From: Deferrisomatales bacterium
Lineage (GTDB): Bacteria; Desulfobacterota; Deferrisomatia; Deferrisomatales; JACRMM01
Direction: 5' to 3'
Length of the DNA: 64,000 nt
Assembly (NCBI GenBank): GCA_033551855.1
Contig: JAWSUI010000016.1
Coordinates: forward strand, 1 to 64,000
The notes beneath the pieces are model-generated. The model worked only from the letters and a program-made list of their open reading frames with translations. It was not told where the DNA came from and did no database searches. Below, in pieces: positions 61,240 through 64,000 of this stretch (positions are counted from its first letter, which is position 1; the number at the start of each line of letters is the position of its first letter). The translations under genes were made by a program, and so were the position numbers.

Positions 61240-61254
61240 CGAAGGAGTAAAGAC

Positions 61255-63597
61255 GTGCAGAGCCTCGACGATTTCCGCAAGGCGGTGCACGGTGAGCCCG
61301 GGCAGGACTACATCCCCCTGGGCCCCTACCTGGACCGCTCGTACCTGAGCTACGCGGTGTCCGTGCTCCTCAGCCGGGCGATTCCCGACGTGCGCGACGG
61401 GCTCAAGCCCGTGCACCGGCGGATCCTCTACGCCATGGGGCAGCTCGGCCTGGGCGCCCGGGCGCCATTCAAGAAGTCGGCGCGGGTCGTCGGCGACGTC
61501 ATCGGCAAGTATCACCCCCACGGCGACGCGAGCGTGTACGAGGCCATGGTCCTGATGGCCCAGAACTTCAACCTCCGCTACCCGCTGATCGACGGCCAGG
61601 GAAACTGGGGGAGCCTCGACGGGGACAGCGCCGCCGCGATGCGGTACACGGAGTGCCGCCTCACCGAGTTCTCCAAGGTGCTCCTGGAGGAGCTCGCCAA
61701 GGGGACGGTGGACTTTCGGCCCAACTACGACGGCAACGAGCTTGAGCCGGCGTTCCTGCCCGCGAGGGTACCCACGGTGCTCCTGGCCGACCAGCTCGGC
61801 ATCGCCGTGGGCATGGCGTCCAACGTCCCTGCCCACAACCTCGCCGAGGTGTGCCGCGCCTCGATCGCCCTTTTCCAGCACCCCAACACCACCCTCAAGG
61901 GACTGCTCCGCCACATCCGTGGGCCCGACTTCCCCTGCGGCGGCCAGATCATCAACCCGGCCTCGGAGATCGAGGAGATCTACCGCACCGGTACCGGCAT
62001 GCTGACGGTGCGGGCCCGCTACGAGGTGAAACGGGACGCCGACGGGTGGCACCTGGTCTTCACCGAGCTTCCCCCCAAGATCTCCCCGGAGCAGGTCCTG
62101 CTGGAGCTCGACGCCCTGTCCAATCCCCAGCCCAAGGCCAAGGGCAAGAAGGCCGGCGAGCACAACCTCACCCCGGAGCAGAGGGCCGCCAAGCAGTCCA
62201 TGCTGGCCCGGGTGGGAGAGGTCAACAACGGAGCGGGCAACGACACGGGCCCCGTGCACCTGGAGGTCTATCCCCGCTCCCGCCGCCAGGATCCCGTCGA
62301 GCTGGCGGGGTACCTCTTCGGGGTGACCAGTCTGGAGGCCCGCGTCAAGGTACAGCTCAACCTGATCAACCTGGCGGGCCTCCCCACCCAGATGTCCCTC
62401 CTGGAGATCCTCACGGACTGGAACCGGTTTCGCTTCGAGACCGTCACCCGCCGCTCCCGGCACCGCCTCGAGCAGGTGGAGGCCCGCCTCCACATCCTAG
62501 AGGGCTTCACCCGGATCCTGCTCGACCTCGACGAGGTGATCCGGCTCATCCGGGGGGCGGAGGACGACCGGCAGGCGAAGGCCGAGCTCATGGCGCGCTG
62601 GTCGCTGTCCGAGGTCCAGGCCGACAAGATCCTGGATCTGAAGCTCCGCCAACTCACCCGCCTCGACCAATTGGCCATCCAGCGGGAGCTCGGAGCGCTG
62701 GGGGAGGAACGCCGGGAGCTGGAGCGCGTCCTCGGGGACGCCGGCGCAATGACCGACCTCATCGTGGCTGAGCTGCGGGAGGACCTACGCCGCTTCGGGG
62801 ACCCCCGTCGAACGGTCATCGAGGAGGCAGAAGCATCCCGGTTCGACGGAGGGGCGCCGGACGAGCCCGTGACGATCATCGTCTCCAAGAAGGGCTGGGC
62901 CCGCAGCCGCGCGGGCCACGGCTTGGACCTGACGGGTCTCACCTTCAAGGACGGGGACACCCTCCACACCGCGGTGGAGACGCGCACGGCCAAGAGCCTG
63001 GTCCTTTTCGACGAAAACGGCCGTGCCTACACCATCGACGCCGGCCAGATCCCCGGGGGCCGGGGGGATGGCGTACCCCTGACGTCCCTCATCGAGCTCC
63101 AGGGCCGGGCCCGCATCGTGGCCGTCTTCGTGGCGGAGGAAAGGGCGAAGGTGCTGCTGGCCTCGACCTCCGGCTACGGCTTCGTCACCGAGGTGAGCAA
63201 CCTGGTGGGGCGCAACCGCGCCGGGAAGGCCGTGCTCAACCCGGCAGGGGGCAAGGCGCTTCCCCCGGTGGTGCTCCGGCCGGGGGAGTCCCGGGTGGCC
63301 GCTGTCTCCAGCGCCGGCTACATGGCGGTCTTCGATCTAGACGAGGTCCCGGAGTACCCGAGGGGCAAAGGGAACAAACTGCTGGCCCTCCACCGGGAGG
63401 AGACCCTGTACCGGGTCACGGTGTTCTTCGCCTCGGTCGCACTGCCGGCGCGCCGGGGCACCGGCGACGTGGTCCTGGGGGCCGGAGATCTCGAGCCCTA
63501 CGTCCGCAAGCGGGGGGCCCGCGGGAGGCTCCTCCCGAGGAACATCGCCGTAGGAGCCGGGAAGCGAAAGGCGGCGCTTCAGGAAGACCTGTTCTGA
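61255..63597 (+). CDS. parC: DNA topoisomerase IV subunit A
   Basis: [24 protein letters not shown] and AAMRYTE motifs; short C-terminal domain with no recognisable GyrA-box. Confidence 0.9.
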   Translation: MQSLDDFRKAVHGEPGQDYIPLGPYLDRSYLSYAVSVLLSRAIPDVRDGLKPVHRRILYAMGQLGLGARAPFKKSARVVGDVIGKYHPHGDASVYEAMVLMAQNFNLRYPLIDGQGNWGSLDGDSAAAMRYTECRLTEFSKVLLEELAKGTVDFRPNYDGNELEPAFLPARVPTVLLADQLGIAVGMASNVPAHNLAEVCRASIALFQHPNTTLKGLLRHIRGPDFPCGGQIINPASEIEEIYRTGTGMLTVRARYEVKRDADGWHLVFTELPPKISPEQVLLELDALSNPQPKAKGKKAGEHNLTPEQRAAKQSMLARVGEVNNGAGNDTGPVHLEVYPRSRRQDPVELAGYLFGVTSLEARVKVQLNLINLAGLPTQMSLLEILTDWNRFRFETVTRRSRHRLEQVEARLHILEGFTRILLDLDEVIRLIRGAEDDRQAKAELMARWSLSEVQADKILDLKLRQLTRLDQLAIQRELGALGEERRELERVLGDAGAMTDLIVAELREDLRRFGDPRRTVIEEAEASRFDGGAPDEPVTIIVSKKGWARSRAGHGLDLTGLTFKDGDTLHTAVETRTAKSLVLFDENGRAYTIDAGQIPGGRGDGVPLTSLIELQGRARIVAVFVAEERAKVLLASTSGYGFVTEVSNLVGRNRAGKAVLNPAGGKALPPVVLRPGESRVAAVSSAGYMAVFDLDEVPEYPRGKGNKLLALHREETLYRVTVFFASVALPARRGTGDVVLGAGDLEPYVRKRGARGRLLPRNIAVGAGKRKAALQEDLF

Positions 63598-63656
63598 GGG
63601 GATCGGTAGTACCCTCCCCCCGGTCCCGGGACACCCTGCCTGACATCGCGGACGGC

Positions 63657-64000
63657 TCACGGCGCCTCTTCCCGGGAACCCTCCGCGAGCCGGCGCTGGC
63701 GGGCCGCCTCGAACAGGATGACCGCGGCGGCCGCCGCCACGTTCAGGGACTCCAACCGGCCGGCCATGGGGATGGTGAGCACCCGGTCCGCTGCCCGGGA
63801 GAGTCGGGGCGCCACCCCCGTCCCCTCCTGGCCCAGAAGCAGGGCAAAGGGGCAGGAGAGATCCGCCTGGTCGTACGCCGCGCCCCCTTCCCCCGCCGTT
63901 GCGTACACGGGGCGGGCGCTCCGCCGCAAGGCCGGTAGGGGATCGTCGACCCAGGCTGCCGGCAGGCGCAGGAGCGCCCCGGCCGAGGCCCGCAGAGCCT
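63657..64000 (-). CDS. TrmH/SpoU-family RNA methyltransferase (3' part only)
   Basis: LLGQEGTG and IPMAGRLESLNVAAAAAVILFE motifs. Confidence 0.88.
   Translation of the reverse strand, partial: ALRASAGALLRLPAAWVDDPLPALRRSARPVYATAGEGGAAYDQADLSCPFALLLGQEGTGVAPRLSRAADRVLTIPMAGRLESLNVAAAAAVILFEAARQRRLAEGSREEAP

Overview
High-GC (by eye about 70%) chromosomal window from an anaerobe of deltaproteobacterial type (Desulfobacterota/Deferrisomatota-like; inferred from gene content, not tested). In order it holds: partial folC; a stand-alone fusA with a small P-loop protein; yejABEF with SLC13 and AI-2E transporters; cspA; an orphan ParA; a complete tungsten-dependent class II benzoyl-CoA reductase operon (bamBCDEFGHI, preceded by DUF2080 and GNAT genes and followed by fdhD); tRNA-Ser and serS; a fatty-acid uptake/beta-oxidation cluster next to a TetR gene; class III ribonucleotide reductase with NrdR boxes and an NrdH-like partner; an ECF-sigma/thioredoxin operon; a lower-GC rpfG-rpfC-rpfF (DSF quorum sensing) module; and parE/parC. 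The main signal the ORF track misses is selenocysteine recoding at four candidate in-frame UGA codons, each followed by a SECIS-like hairpin. Two lie in bamE and bamF. Two lie in the ECF/thioredoxin operon: an unannotated 26-aa membrane micropeptide ending GGG-U-GSC and an FmdB-type zinc-ribbon protein ending GFS-U-AP, both with a GGUC-loop hairpin 11-12 nt after the UGA. Several dispersed intergenic repeat families are also present, one of them MITE-like. All family assignments come from recognising motifs by eye; no searches were run.
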